This document shows positions 14,901-27,428 of a stretch of DNA of 64,000 nucleotides, one piece after another (the first letter of the stretch is position 1; each line of letters opens with the position of its first letter). A program made the translations under genes and the position numbers. The notes below the pieces were generated by a model, which saw only the letters and a list, made by a program, of their open reading frames with translations, ran no database searches and was not told the DNA's origin. The DNA comes from Chrysomallon squamiferum (lineage: Eukaryota > Animalia > Mollusca), in contig CM022670.1 in NCBI GenBank assembly GCA_012295275.1, positions 31,992,001-32,056,000 on the forward strand, read 5' to 3'.

Positions 14901-17900
14901 AGGTCTGGATAAATTTATAAGAATTATTTTAATTTATTTGATGATATATGCATGAGAAAATTATCAGCATGCTTAATTAATTTACTAATGCAGTATCAAA
15001 CTTTCAATGTAAAAAAAAGAAGAAGAAAAAGAAAAATAATATGAATATAGACACACAATAAAACTATTTTAAAAGAAGAAAAATTTAGTTACAAAATTCA
15101 TCTTCAGAGTCATTTCTGGACACAGCTATATTCAGTGATGTGCAATCCACAATATTTAATTTAGAAAGGATGTTTGTTTGTATAATTTCTGACCAAAATA
15201 AAGGCATAAGTGAAAGAAAACATAATTATTATAATTTCATATTACTGTTTTTATACATTAGCTAATTGCACCTAATCTGTTAAAAATGTTTAAAAGTTTT
15301 CATCAGTGATCTATGTTACATCAACTGTTCTTTCCAGATATATTATACAAACCAACATCACAATGATAAATGTCCATTAGCTAAATCTGTACCTTTGGTA
15401 CAATTACAAAATGGCTTAAATGCATTTTCTTTACTTACAGTTTACTAATGCTTTTATATCGGGTATGATAATAAAGTACATTGATATCTCAAAACAAAAA
15501 CATAGTGACTCTTCTTTTTGCTTTTTTTCTGGAGAGAGGATATGGTATTATTCTGTTATAATAGTTTGTTGTAAGAATTTAAAAATGTTATATATCCTAC
15601 ACAAAGAAGCATATATAATTATATTTAAATTTGCTTAAAGTCTGTCACAAGAAAAAATTTCTGTTCTGATTTATACAGGCTGATAAATAAATTAATTAAT
15701 TAAATTAATAGATAAATATTTTTAACAATACCCGAACCAAAAAACAAAACATTGACTGTTGTGATTTATACACATTAATTGTATGTATATATTGTCTATT
15801 TATATATATGTAATGTATATATGTATGATTGTATCTATGTATGTATGTATGCATCTATAATTACTGACATTTTTCACATTATTCTAGTGCAAAAGATTTG
15901 TGTGTGTGTGTGTGTGTAAAATACAGGGGAATGGAACAGATGTTACATCTAATATCTGTTGCTGACAAGCTTAAATCTGGTTCAATCACTGAAATGTCCA
16001 TCACATATATGATTGCATAAAAATGATTACTACATCTGTTACACAGAGCAAATGTTTTTAAAAGGAAAACAAATGCCTCATTTTATGTTGCATTAGGCAG
16101 CATTTTTACTTTCGTATTATACGTAACTCAGTTTTTTCTATTGCTGATTTGTTTTTGTTTTTAAATTCTCATTTTCTCTTTTTCAATTTATGATTTTTTT
16201 ATCTTTTAGACTTAAATCAAATATTTAACTTAAATAATAATGCACTTAAAAAAATTGTACTTTTTATCTACAAAATTTCTTTTTGAATTTGTGATATTTT
16301 ATATAAAATAAAAATATATCTATTTAAAATTAACGAAAACTATTGTTTGTGTGTATAGTTGTTTAAATAATATTAGACTGCAGGTTTTCATCAAATTATA
16401 AACAAAAGATATCTCCCATTTATTAATATTTCAGGTTTAATAAAAATGAGTTAAATATGTTTTTTTAACAATTCTCAATATTTTTGTTAAATGTAGAATA
16501 TTATAAAAAGGTAAATGTGTAACTATAGAAGACAAATACAAAGATTTATGTAAACATCTGAAAATATAATTACAAAACAACAAGTTTTCACAAGAAATCA
16601 TTAAATATAATTTCTTAATAACCAGTGAATTATTAAGATTTAAAAGCTGAAATCTGACTAAGCTCTAAATATATTAATTCTTTTTAGTACAATTTAAACA
16701 TTTAAATATATATTTTTATGCATTTGGAAAATTACTGAGCACCATGATATTAAACTGATTACAAAAAACAAAATGCATGTTCACATTATTTATTATGATA
16801 TATTCATGGCTAATTGTACATTAAACAAACAATAGTATTTTGACTTAACTAAATCAAATGTATTTTAGATTTCATGAATATTTTCACAAACAAACTGTGA
16901 AATCGTCCCAGTGGAGTAGAAATGACAAAATAAGCATGCACGTCTGTCAAATGACATGGTTCTGGCTTGCAGGAGGTGAATGTAGATGACAAGCAACTTA
17001 ATGATCCCATCTGCATTTGACACAACATTGGCAAACATGCTGATATTGACTGGTTCATTATACTGACTTGACAGTGAAGTTGTGTTCATCATGGGTGCTG
17101 CCATCTGTAGGATAGCAAGACTGTCCAAAGAGCAATTCTTGAACAAGACAGATTTGTCTTAAAATAACAGGTTCAGTGGTTTTGGGTCATTTCATACTCT
17201 AAAACACCACTGGTGGTCATCTCTGTGTGCAGAATCTTTAACTCTCTTACATACTTCAATGTAGGATCAAATTATTTCAAAATTGTCGGTTGTTGATAAG
17301 GAAGGAAGACCTTAAAATGAACAAATTCACATGATGTTTATAATTTTAACATATTAATTTACTTCATCATTAAATGACCCTTTGTACTTTTTAATCCATT
17401 AATATGAAACTAACTAAACTGACATGATTGAAGTTTCTGTGTTTTTGTTTCAGTTTATTATTAAATATATTTATTTTAACTTGTTAACAAGCTTTATTAA
17501 AACTAGTATCATTCAAAATTTACTTTCAGATTGATTATATTCTAAGAAATATTATGTTTTGTTTCACAAAATACAAAAATACAAAATTTGTTTTCAATTG
17601 TATCATCAAAATGAAAATAAAAAGATTCCAATTACAAACATATTTATTTTTATTTTTGTTTCAACTACCAAAATAATCATAAAATAACATATATTATTAA
17701 CATTTAACATTCAGTTTTTGGTGTAATAAGCAAAATGTTAAAATTTTTGGTAGAGATGCATCAAGAAAAACTCATTTTTAAAAATTCCTGCTTTAAAGCT
17801 TTATCATGAAACTATAATAATCATCTTTACCACTACGAGTAAAATATGAAAATTATCCAATCATACGTCACTAAGTAAGGTTTCTAAACCTTGCAGTTTC

Positions 17901-19517
17901 TACTTATTTCTTAATTAATCAACAAACAGAAATTCTGGCTCATATTTGGTCAAGCATAGAGGTCATTTTGGTCAAATGTAAGCATTAATTCCTTTTAGCA
18001 GACAGGTTTTCCACAGGATGATTTTATCAATACAACAGAATTATGAGATGTCTCAATCATTTATAGTCAGTATAGATTTTCAGTTGTACTCAATATTCAG
18101 CCGATTTATTCCAGAAAAATACTCATTCTTGTCATGTTTTATTTTATTAAACTCTGTTAGCCAGTGGAAAATATCCTGGTCTAATATCATTGTTGGAAAA
18201 TGTTTCGGCTGATCAATAAAAGTTAAGTCAAATTATCTTAAAAAAGTGGAAAACAATACCTGAATTTTTTTATTTATATTTTTTATTTAAATTACCCAGT
18301 AAAATGTTTCAGTATACTACATAAATGTTTATAATACAGACACAAAAGACACTTCAGTTTAAAATATTAATATGTTCCATATTTTGAAAGACAAAATTAG
18401 CAGCAGTGTGAATGTACAGTGAAATTGAAACAGTATAAAGTAAGCTGATAGTAATAAAATAAATAAAGAATCATATTTTAAATAAATGTTTTATATATTT
18501 TTTTATATGTGGATAAATATTTCAGTTTAATTTTTTTCACTATAGATTAACTGTTAGTATAAATTCAAGTTTAAACTAATGATGATGATGATGATAAATA
18601 ATAATAATAAAATAATAAAAACCATCAACTTTATAATATATATATATATTTTTTTTTTAAATACTGCTTACTAACAAAATATTGAAATTTTATTCATACT
18701 TGTAAACCAGTATTTACTTTGTTATTGTTGTACTTACTCAGTATTCTATTTTCAAGCAGTAAAATTAAATATATAATAATGTTCTGATTTTTATTTTTAA
18801 CAATATTCTTTTCTGTTATTTAAAACATATTTATCTCCAGTTAGATTTGTCACTTACTTCAACAACAAAAAAATGTGTTTGTTACTGTATTGAATTTTCC
18901 ATTTTATCTATTAACCTAAGTAAATTTTTATGTGTGTATGTGTGTGTGTGTGAACTGTTATTATATATATAAAATGATTGATATGTTAAGTATCTCACGC
19001 CTATAATAAACTTTAACCATCATGTGTTTTGTTTTTATTTGATACAAAATAAATTTGTTAACAGATGGTGTTAGATGCAAACCAAGTACTGTTACTTAGA
19101 ACAAAGCGATGTTTGGTAGCTTCAACTGACCACAAATTATTTCTGTATGTTGGCGTCACGCCTCAGTGCTAGCGACTACTACCAGTAGTAACAAACGTCT
19201 TTGCGTTAACGCTGAGTACTTACGTAATTCTCACAACGGTAACGGGATTCTACCGCTACTTTGACACCCTCTGCCTCATCATCATCAGTAATAACAAAAG
19301 AAAATAAAGATGAAGAAATACAACAACGACGACATACAAACTGTTACGAAAACCCAAAAATGAATACATGCATAATCATATGTTTGTGCAACGTAAATAT
19401 GACTGAAGATATGTAAAAGGGGGGGAAAAAAAAAAAAACAAAAACAACTGATAAAACAGTGAAGTTCACAAAACCACTTAGTGAGAACACATGAATCCCA
19501 TGACAACAAGTGGTTAC

Positions 19518-19628
19518 CTTACAATCCGTAACGTTGTGCGTTGCCAGTTCCACTCGTGCAAAATTGCCTTTACCGAGTGTTTTGCCGTCCAAAACGTAAC
19601 GGCCTATACATTGAATTTTCTTCCCCAT
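19518..19628 (-). CDS. AMPK-related (HUNK/MARK-like) Ser/Thr kinase, coding exon 1
   Basis: ATG at 19628 preceded by in-frame stops. Translates MGKKIQCIGRYVLDGKTLGKGNFARVELATHNVTDCK with the Gly-rich loop LGKGNFARV typical of MARK/SIK/HUNK kinases. Ends at a GT donor. Confidence 0.92.
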
Positions 19629-19634
19629 TTCTCA

Positions 19635-19676
19635 CTATGCTACTTGCAACGTTGTCTCCATCGCGTATGAAGCCAT
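19635..19676 (-). other. Upstream ORF MASYAMETTLQVA*, in frame with the kinase start
   Basis: ATG at 19676 and 19661; ends TAG TGA GAA ATG immediately before the main start. Translation is not demonstrated. Confidence 0.5.
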
Positions 19677-19979
19677 ATCACCTCCATTGTCGGCAAATAA
19701 ATCCACTTTTTCACTGGGCTACATTTCCGAAGTCGGCGCTGAAAGAACACACACAAATAACATCCCTTCTCTTTTACATGATGGCCGCCGATCGCACTTA
19801 CAGCTGCGTGCATACATTGTCTGGTATCAGACGTAAACACAAATTAATCCCCACTCACTGTAGATAGCGTTTCAGTACCATAATCCTCGAAAACAATGAT
19901 ATAACGGATTGCTAGTGTGGTCACAAAAACAATATCAGTTTTAAAAATCCACGTTTTACGACATTCTGACAAGTAGTTG

Positions 19980-20340
19980 TTCGCGACACTAAAGGAATTT
20001 GTCAATGAATGCAACAGCAGCTCACGTGCGAAATGCGCGCGAAATTCATTGGTCAATCTGTAAGAAAATTTATCCAGCCTGGTCGTTTTATTAATATGAA
20101 AATTTCTACACACAGCTGGCCGATGTTTTAGACGTGTGAGACTGACCGCTACTTCATAGTCGTCATTTACTCTCTCCTTTGATTATTTTAATTATTATGT
20201 GTCACGTGCGATGATATTACATTCTGCTGCCACCGCCTCGATGCCAGTGGCAACATGCAATGGCATCGTCAACGTGGTCACGTGGTGGTGATCTTTATGA
20301 AATATTTATCTGTACGCCCTCGGATTAGTCACGTGATTAT
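19980..20340 (-). promoter_or_regulatory. Probable CpG-rich promoter of the kinase gene
   Basis: CpG-rich segment just upstream of the ATG exon. Four CACGTG E-boxes (20023, 20203, 20279, 20330), ATTGG (CCAAT box) at 20048 and an Inr-like TTAGT on the minus strand near 19990. Confidence 0.55.
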
Positions 20341-20837
20341 CTTCAGCACCATGGTAACTTGGAATCAAAAAAAAAAAAAGAAAAAAAAGATCGATTTTCG
20401 TGAATTGATCAACATGTCGGTGCTCTAACAGGCAAAGAGAGACGACTGCTGTTCAGAATTGCAGTAAATAAATGTTGTGCCATTACATACATCACAAAGT
20501 GTCTTTTTTCTGACTCTTTTTTATGTGTCTTCTATTTTTTACTAATGCCGTTAGTTACTTGTTTGAATTATTATGAAAGAAGGATTAATTTTTAACCGAT
20601 TCCATATGTAGTAAATACTCTTTAACTTTTTTCCTTTTTTATTTTATTATTATTATTTTTATTTTATTTTTTCTGAGTGATTTTGTACTTTTTCTTTTTT
20701 AAATCAAAGAGGACGGAGATTGGTAGTTATCATTACTGGCGCCTATCAGCTTTCTAACCTTAAGTCAACATTCCGTTCATTTGTCATGGGAAAAAAGTGA
20801 TATGCGATATAATTTTCATTTTTACATTCTCTTTCAT

Positions 20838-20840
<3 letters not shown>

Positions 20841-20884
<44 letters not shown>
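20841..20884. repeat. (CT)n microsatellite
   Basis: Direct observation. Confidence 0.95.
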
Positions 20885-20890
<6 letters not shown>

Positions 20891-21414
20891 GATGTTTACT
20901 CGAATAAAAATATGGTTAAATACAGTACAAGCTGCTACCAAAACAATTCTTAAATCCAAGAAGAGAAAAAAAAACTAATTTCTATGATAACAAATATGCA
21001 AAGTATCAATATGTATGGGGGGAAAGGATTCAGAGGGAAAATAATGGAATTACCTGATAGGGGTTTTCTCCGGTTATTCCTGCCATCCTCTTTTACTGGA
21101 TAAATATTACCGAAGACTGGTAATACAACAATATCCCACTTAATTCATTCAAATATTTTCGTTATCCGTTATTCAAGTACAAATGAAATATATACTACTT
21201 CTTTTACTGTGAACCGCCAAGTGCTGTTTTATCTGAACTCACTTAATCGCCAGTACATATTTATTTTTCTTCTTCATTTTGATGGGTGACAGGATGACTT
21301 TTTGGAGTTGTTATTTTAATTAGTACTTCTATTAATATTTATTTATTTGTTTGTTTGTTTGTTATTATTATTTTTATTACTATTATTATTGCAGGTTTTA
21401 TTTTTCTTTGTTAG

Positions 21415-21415
<1 letters not shown>

Positions 21416-21461
<46 letters not shown>
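21416..21461. repeat. (TG)n microsatellite
   Basis: Direct observation. Confidence 0.95.
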
Positions 21462-21466
<5 letters not shown>

Positions 21467-21989
21467 ATGTACATACACACATACATACATACTTATATAC
21501 ACATAAATATATTAATTTCTATGTTTAGCAATAAAAGACAATGAAAGATGACAGTGATCACATTCATTATTCATGGGCATTCTTTCATGAATTCCTGCTA
21601 ATTAATCGTCTGTTGAAAAACCTTACGCACAACCAACTGTCATCGATTTTGCATCCAGAAGTTAAGTGCCCATTTCCAGTTGCATAATCAGTGGTTAAAC
21701 GGCCATCAACAGCTGTGCAACTATTCCTAAACATGCAGTAAGTTACACAGTCTGAAAACCGCTATTCCGGAAGTCTGAGGCGGAAGTAAGTTTAGTTTAT
21801 ATTTATTTATTATTAACATAAAGTAATGCTTTGAAATGAACAAAATATAGTAAATTATGTATATATAATCGTGGATTTTAGCCTTGAAATAATACAGCTA
21901 GCAATATATCTATCAAAAGGTACGAGGTTAGAAAAATAAGTTTGTCGAATTGCTTGATATTTGTATCTGAATGAAAACAGGGTATCAGA

Positions 21990-22170
21990 GTTTACCAAAG
22001 TTTGTGGTATGTGTTGCTCTGTACATGTAAAATCTTCCTTGCAGTAATTCGAAAAAGAGTAGCCATTTGAAGCAGCGGGTGAGTTCTGTTATTATATCAA
22101 TGATCCGTTACTCTATAAGATGCTATTTAAATATTTTAAGTGTGTAGTTAAATAAAATATGATTCCTTTC
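21990..22170 (+). mobile_element. Degenerate SINE copy (central and 3' part)
   Basis: TGTGGTATGTG (also at 33894, and reverse-complemented at 53227), CCTTGCAGTAATTCGAAAAAGAGTAGCC and tail GTTAAATAAAAT..TTCCTTTC. Confidence 0.55.
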
Positions 22171-22857
22171 ACGATGCTCTGAAAATAACAGATTTTTAGC
22201 AAGACTGGTAAGACCACTTCCTCTAATACATAAACAATGTGTAAGACCGTGTCTCTCTTATCTAACTAATCTTCTAACCATTACACCATCTCTTTTAATA
22301 ATCCTCTGAAATATTATCACTGTGTTGTTTTCTTTAAATAAAAGTCTAAAACATTAACAATAGCAGTGTTTAGAGCAAACAGCTAAGTGTTTCTAAACTG
22401 CATGCACAGGATGTGAATAAAAACAATTCTGGAAGCAAGCACATTTGAAATGGTTGACTTTACCAGCACAGCATTGTTTTTTGTAATCATAATAAAAATT
22501 AATTTACAAAGGTAAATATATTGACAATTATGAGGTTAACAAATATAAATATCTTGACAATTATAGATTTTTGGTTTCAAATTTCAACTACTGTCGCGAA
22601 AAAAAGTACAAAATTTACTGCTTTCCTGCAAAAAAAATCAACCATTTATTAATGTGAAACCTATTTGCTGCCGAAGTTATGAAGATATATCGTGATGCTT
22701 TTCAAATAAATAATAATAAATGAATGCATGAATGAATATTTGTCTAAAATAAATTATTATTAAGTGTCAAACTTATGGCTCATTTTATTTTTTTTTCGGT
22801 AAAATTATTACATGAAAACGGAAAGCCGTTGCAATTACACCTAGAACTGTTCATGTC

Positions 22858-22925
22858 ATATAGCAGCAAGGGATCTTTTCTATAGGCATTTCCTTCCTTT
22901 CCAAACCATGGTTTCGATAAACTCT
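22858..22925 (-). mobile_element. SINE fragment
   Basis: TAGCAGCAAGGGATCTTTT closely matches TAGCAGCAAAAGATCTTTT at 53181. Confidence 0.55.
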
Positions 22926-24567
22926 AGAGTGGTAATAATAACAATAACACAACAAAACAACAACAGCAAATTTAACAAAAACACAAGAACAATAGCGACA
23001 ACAACAACACAGCTACAACAACTATGATGAAGAAGAAATATATATATATAATTTTGCTGTTTAATGTTAAATGATATTAAACAAACGTTAGAATCATAGG
23101 ACTCGGCTTTTTATAACCTCAGAAATGATTGATAATTGTCGTTTATAATATCAGACAAAAATTTAAGCATTAATATAACAAAACGTATGAATGTATTTCC
23201 ACAGAATATTGAAAACAAACAATCATAATATCAAACACACGAACTTCCGAGACGTGCTGATAAAGCATCATCTATCTGTCTGACTCAGTAGCTTATGGGA
23301 AGAGAAAACGATAATAAAATAATAGTTGACATAGTCTGGATACTGTTTGACTGTTACAGAAATTTTTCTGAATTTAAAATATTTCTGAAAATGATTATTT
23401 CGTATGTTTTCTGATCAATATCAGCAGCAACGTCATCATCATCATCATCATTATTATTATTATTATTGTAATTGTTGCTGATTTATTTTATTATCATTAT
23501 TATTACTATTATCATGAACATCGTCATCATCATCATCATCATTATAATTATTATTGTTGACGCAGTTGTTGTTATTATTATTACTGTTGTTGATTTCACA
23601 TTCAAGTATATTTCTTGGAAGTTACGAACTCAGAATCCATTTGTCCTCAGATGCAATGAAATTACTACAGAGCCATTCAAAAAGTGTTTTAAAGCAAAAA
23701 GGAAGAGTAAGGTTTTGTGTTACGAAACCAGTACCTAATCGTTTTAAAATACAATGCAGTATCATAATTTAATTTTTTTTTCTTTGCTACGAATCCAGAA
23801 CGTCATCGTTTTCAAACCGTATGAAATAATTAGGAAGCAATTCGAATAATTTTTGACATTTAAAGTCTAGACGTACTAATGAAGTAAAATCGGCTGGCTC
23901 TAAACTTGTAAACTAATACAACATATTTACAATTTACTGGTCGCCAAGACGTGTTACCCCAAGGCCATCGAAAAGACTGACAGACTGACTATACTGCGAC
24001 TCTTAGTTAAATTATAAAATGGATTAAAACTAATTCTCAAGACAGTTAAACAAACATCGTAATTCCAAGATAATCCCGGGACAAACGCATGCGTCCAAGG
24101 GTAAATATTATTTCTCATGGCGACATACTTATCATGCGATTTGCTTCGGTTTCATCAAAGGCTCGAGAAAAAGTTTATTACCTTACTAAATTGCTAAAAT
24201 AACACGGAACAGGTGTACGACTATGATTTACTACCATTTCTTATTATAACTGTCACGACTTGTTTTTAACACGTGTTGTGTAATGCACTGATATACATTA
24301 CCGACTAGTTTACCAACAAAAACATTGTAGAGCACATGTATTTTAAAGGGTTCATTCTAATGTCTTTCTTTTATTTTTTTTTTTTTTCTTGCCCGTTAAG
24401 AATGGAGTACCAAATAGCGTGCTTTGGCATTAATTGGATGCCAAAACTTTGCTTTATAGATCCTTAAACAGTCAGTAATAATAAATATCATAAATGTGTA
24501 TCTTAATCATTTTTATTGCAATTCCTGCTACTTAATACTAGTATCAAATGCTTGTAACATGTTCGAA

Positions 24568-24672
<105 letters not shown>

Positions 24673-25594
24673 GCTGATCGCTTTTGTATTTTTAATGTCA
24701 GTCTGTGTATGAGAGTGTGTAAGTTACTGTGTCTAGGTATGAGAGACTGATCTAATTCACATAGCAGATCGCTTGGAATTAAGATGTTACTCTTTCAGTG
24801 TATTTTTAATGTCACCGTGCTAAATGATTTAATTCCTTTAATATCATATGTTATTGTTGTCATAGGCTTTGAACAAATTATATAAATTATTTGCCGATGC
24901 AGAGTTTTGTTACCACTCGTAGGTTAATGGGTTTATTCTGAAAAGCTAAGTTTATAATGACATATTTACGACCGTCGTATGATCATATTTGTTAAATAGG
25001 TCTGACCGCCTGTAGAGAAACGTGTATCAGTACAGACAGATTCAAACGGATTTGTTTTACGACCAGGAATTACCTCTTATTGTGTTAGAAATAAAAATAT
25101 ATCTCTAAATTATGCTTAACCTTTATGTTTTGTTAGATAAATTTCCTTTCTCGGTCTAATGTCATTATAATTTTATGAGTTCACGATTTCAAGCACGTGA
25201 CATAATGTGATGTTCGGAGCTCAGAAAATAAAAACCATATATCAAATCTACTTGGTCTGTTTATGTGATTCTTGTACAGGTTTTCAGTATGTCAAGTATC
25301 TATAAACTACTCTTTGTTTAACGACATCTCGGCTACCTTAAAGAGTCCTGATATGGTTATTGTGACACTTTATACATCATAGAAGAGTGAAAATAAAATA
25401 CCTCTACAGTATAATCACAGAAGCTAACTGAAATGTAAATTTACGTAAGTGCTATCATTTTGGCTGATTAGGGCTTTCGAAGGCATGAAATCACTATATT
25501 AGCCGCGTCGGCTAAGAATTAAAAAATTCGAAGCAACGAAACTTTCATATTTACTTTTTATTTAAAGAAGCATAGTTTTTCAAATAAGAATATC

Positions 25595-25865
25595 TTTTTC
25601 TCTGTCTCTCTCATTCTCTCTATCTATCTACCTACCTATCATCCTATCTATGTAAATAATCTCTGTATATGTATTTATCTATATGTCTACCTACCTGTCT
25701 ATCTATAATTATCTCTGTATAATCTGTCTAAATTCCTATCTACCAACTTACCTTCCTGCCTGCCTACCTACCTACCTACCTATCTGTCTATCTGTCTGTC
25801 TGTCTGTCTATCTAACCTAATATTTATTTGTCTGTTTGCCTATCTGTCTCTGTCTATATATGTAT
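25595..25865. repeat. Degenerate (CTAT/CTAC/CTGT)n tetranucleotide repeat
   Basis: Direct observation. Confidence 0.85.
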
Positions 25866-26611
25866 ATGTATTAGTAAACATCTAGTACATCTACGTATTT
25901 TGGTCTGACTTTGCTGATTCCACCGATTTCCATGAAACAGGCTAAACAGATCACATCGCATTATGCTGATCTGATTGTTCCGTCATCATTGATTTCAGAA
26001 TTTTGATGGCATGACATTGTCCTACTAAATGGAAATCGATTCACAAGCACTCTGAGACATGTTGTTTAATGTCTGATTTTGTAGGAACTATTAAATATTA
26101 TTGAAACGCGCCAGGACTATAAACAAAACCGTGCGTAAAACCCTGTGGGAATTTTGTAGTTACCTAGACGAAGAGCTATACCGTGGACATGCGGAGTGCT
26201 AATTGTCGCGGATTACGAAAACCAACAGCAGAACTGGATGCACCGACCCTTTTTCAATAGGTCGGTAAAACTTGCAAAGATCACGTTACAATAGGACGCT
26301 AAATGTGGACATTGCAAAAATCACGTAATTACGCACGCTAAGCGATGTGATTGTTGACAAAGCTTGCTTGACAATAGAACCCATTTAAAACATCTTTCTG
26401 CTAAAACGGCTCATCAATTATCGCCCGTCACTACATTTACGAACGGAGTATTTCTATGTGTCCATTGATAGAGCAAACTTTCCATAGAACTTTTAAATAA
26501 GCAATCTATTCACATTCTTTTGTACATTCTTTTAGAAATAATTCTTTGTACATATAAACACACATTTATACATATCTACTACATGTTTGTGTGTATGTGT
26601 TTGTGCGTATA

Positions 26612-26659
<48 letters not shown>

Positions 26660-27397
26660 CATAAATGGGGGAGATTTGTGAGTTTTTAAAAAATTATTTA
26701 TATACGTTCTTATTCAATGTCTGATGGGGGATATAAAACTGATTATTTTATTTACAAAATTTGTATCCACCTTTCTAACCAATGAAGACAAATGATTTTC
26801 TGAATATATAGATGCAGGAATTTTAATTCATTAAGAATCGACACGAATATTTCTGTTACACCGACACCATTTCAAAGCAGGTTATCTCTGCAGTGAAATC
26901 CACACATTTATAGTACGTTAATACCAGTAAAATCGTTTTGACAACAAAAAATTTACATTCTAAAGCGGGCATATTCCATAGTTGCTTGGGAGAGTTTGTT
27001 AACTTTTCATATTTATTTGTTAAAACCGAGAACGAGGGCGTTGGTCGCTATGTCTGTGTGTTCCTGTATATACTCAGAGGTCCACGTGCTTTCAGTAATG
27101 AAGTTGTTTGTTCAACAGGTAGGAATACGTACAAATCAAACAAACGACTGGAGTACTTTTACACCTGCTACATGTCACCGGATCATGTTTGGTCATACAT
27201 GTCTGGCTCGAGGGTGTTGCTGCGATAGTTGCTCTGATAGGACTGTTTGAAAGAAACTCCATTAACAGTCGTAGAAACAAAAACATATACAAGTAGAGAG
27301 ATATAGATATATGAATACAAAAAAAGTACATAAGTATGCATGCAAGCACTGAGATACATATAGAGAGATTAATAGTTACGTATACGCATACATTCAT

Positions 27398-27428
<31 letters not shown>

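Larger units (their letters stand above)
10380..19517 (-). other. 9.1 kb GT-AG intron between kinase coding exons 1 and 2
   Basis: Donor AAG|GTAACC at 19517 and acceptor TAG|GTT at 10380. Splicing gives the contiguous ...THNVTDCK|VAVKIID.... Confidence 0.9.

Noticed and set aside
16849-17146. Overlapping 69-93 aa ORFs in kinase intron 1
   Set aside because: No recognisable homology, and kinase exons 1 and 2 already join without a gap.
19344-19517. Continuation of the 94-aa ORF past the donor
   Set aside because: Kinase similarity stops exactly at AAG|GT; the remainder is low-complexity intron read-through.
19640-19840. 66-aa ORF as an independent gene
   Set aside because: The listed start is GTG and no domain is recognised. 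Treated as a 5' UTR uORF candidate instead.
20741-20754. GCCTATCAGCTTTC resembling a short 18S rRNA stretch
   Set aside because: Only ~14 nt, with no flanking rRNA similarity.
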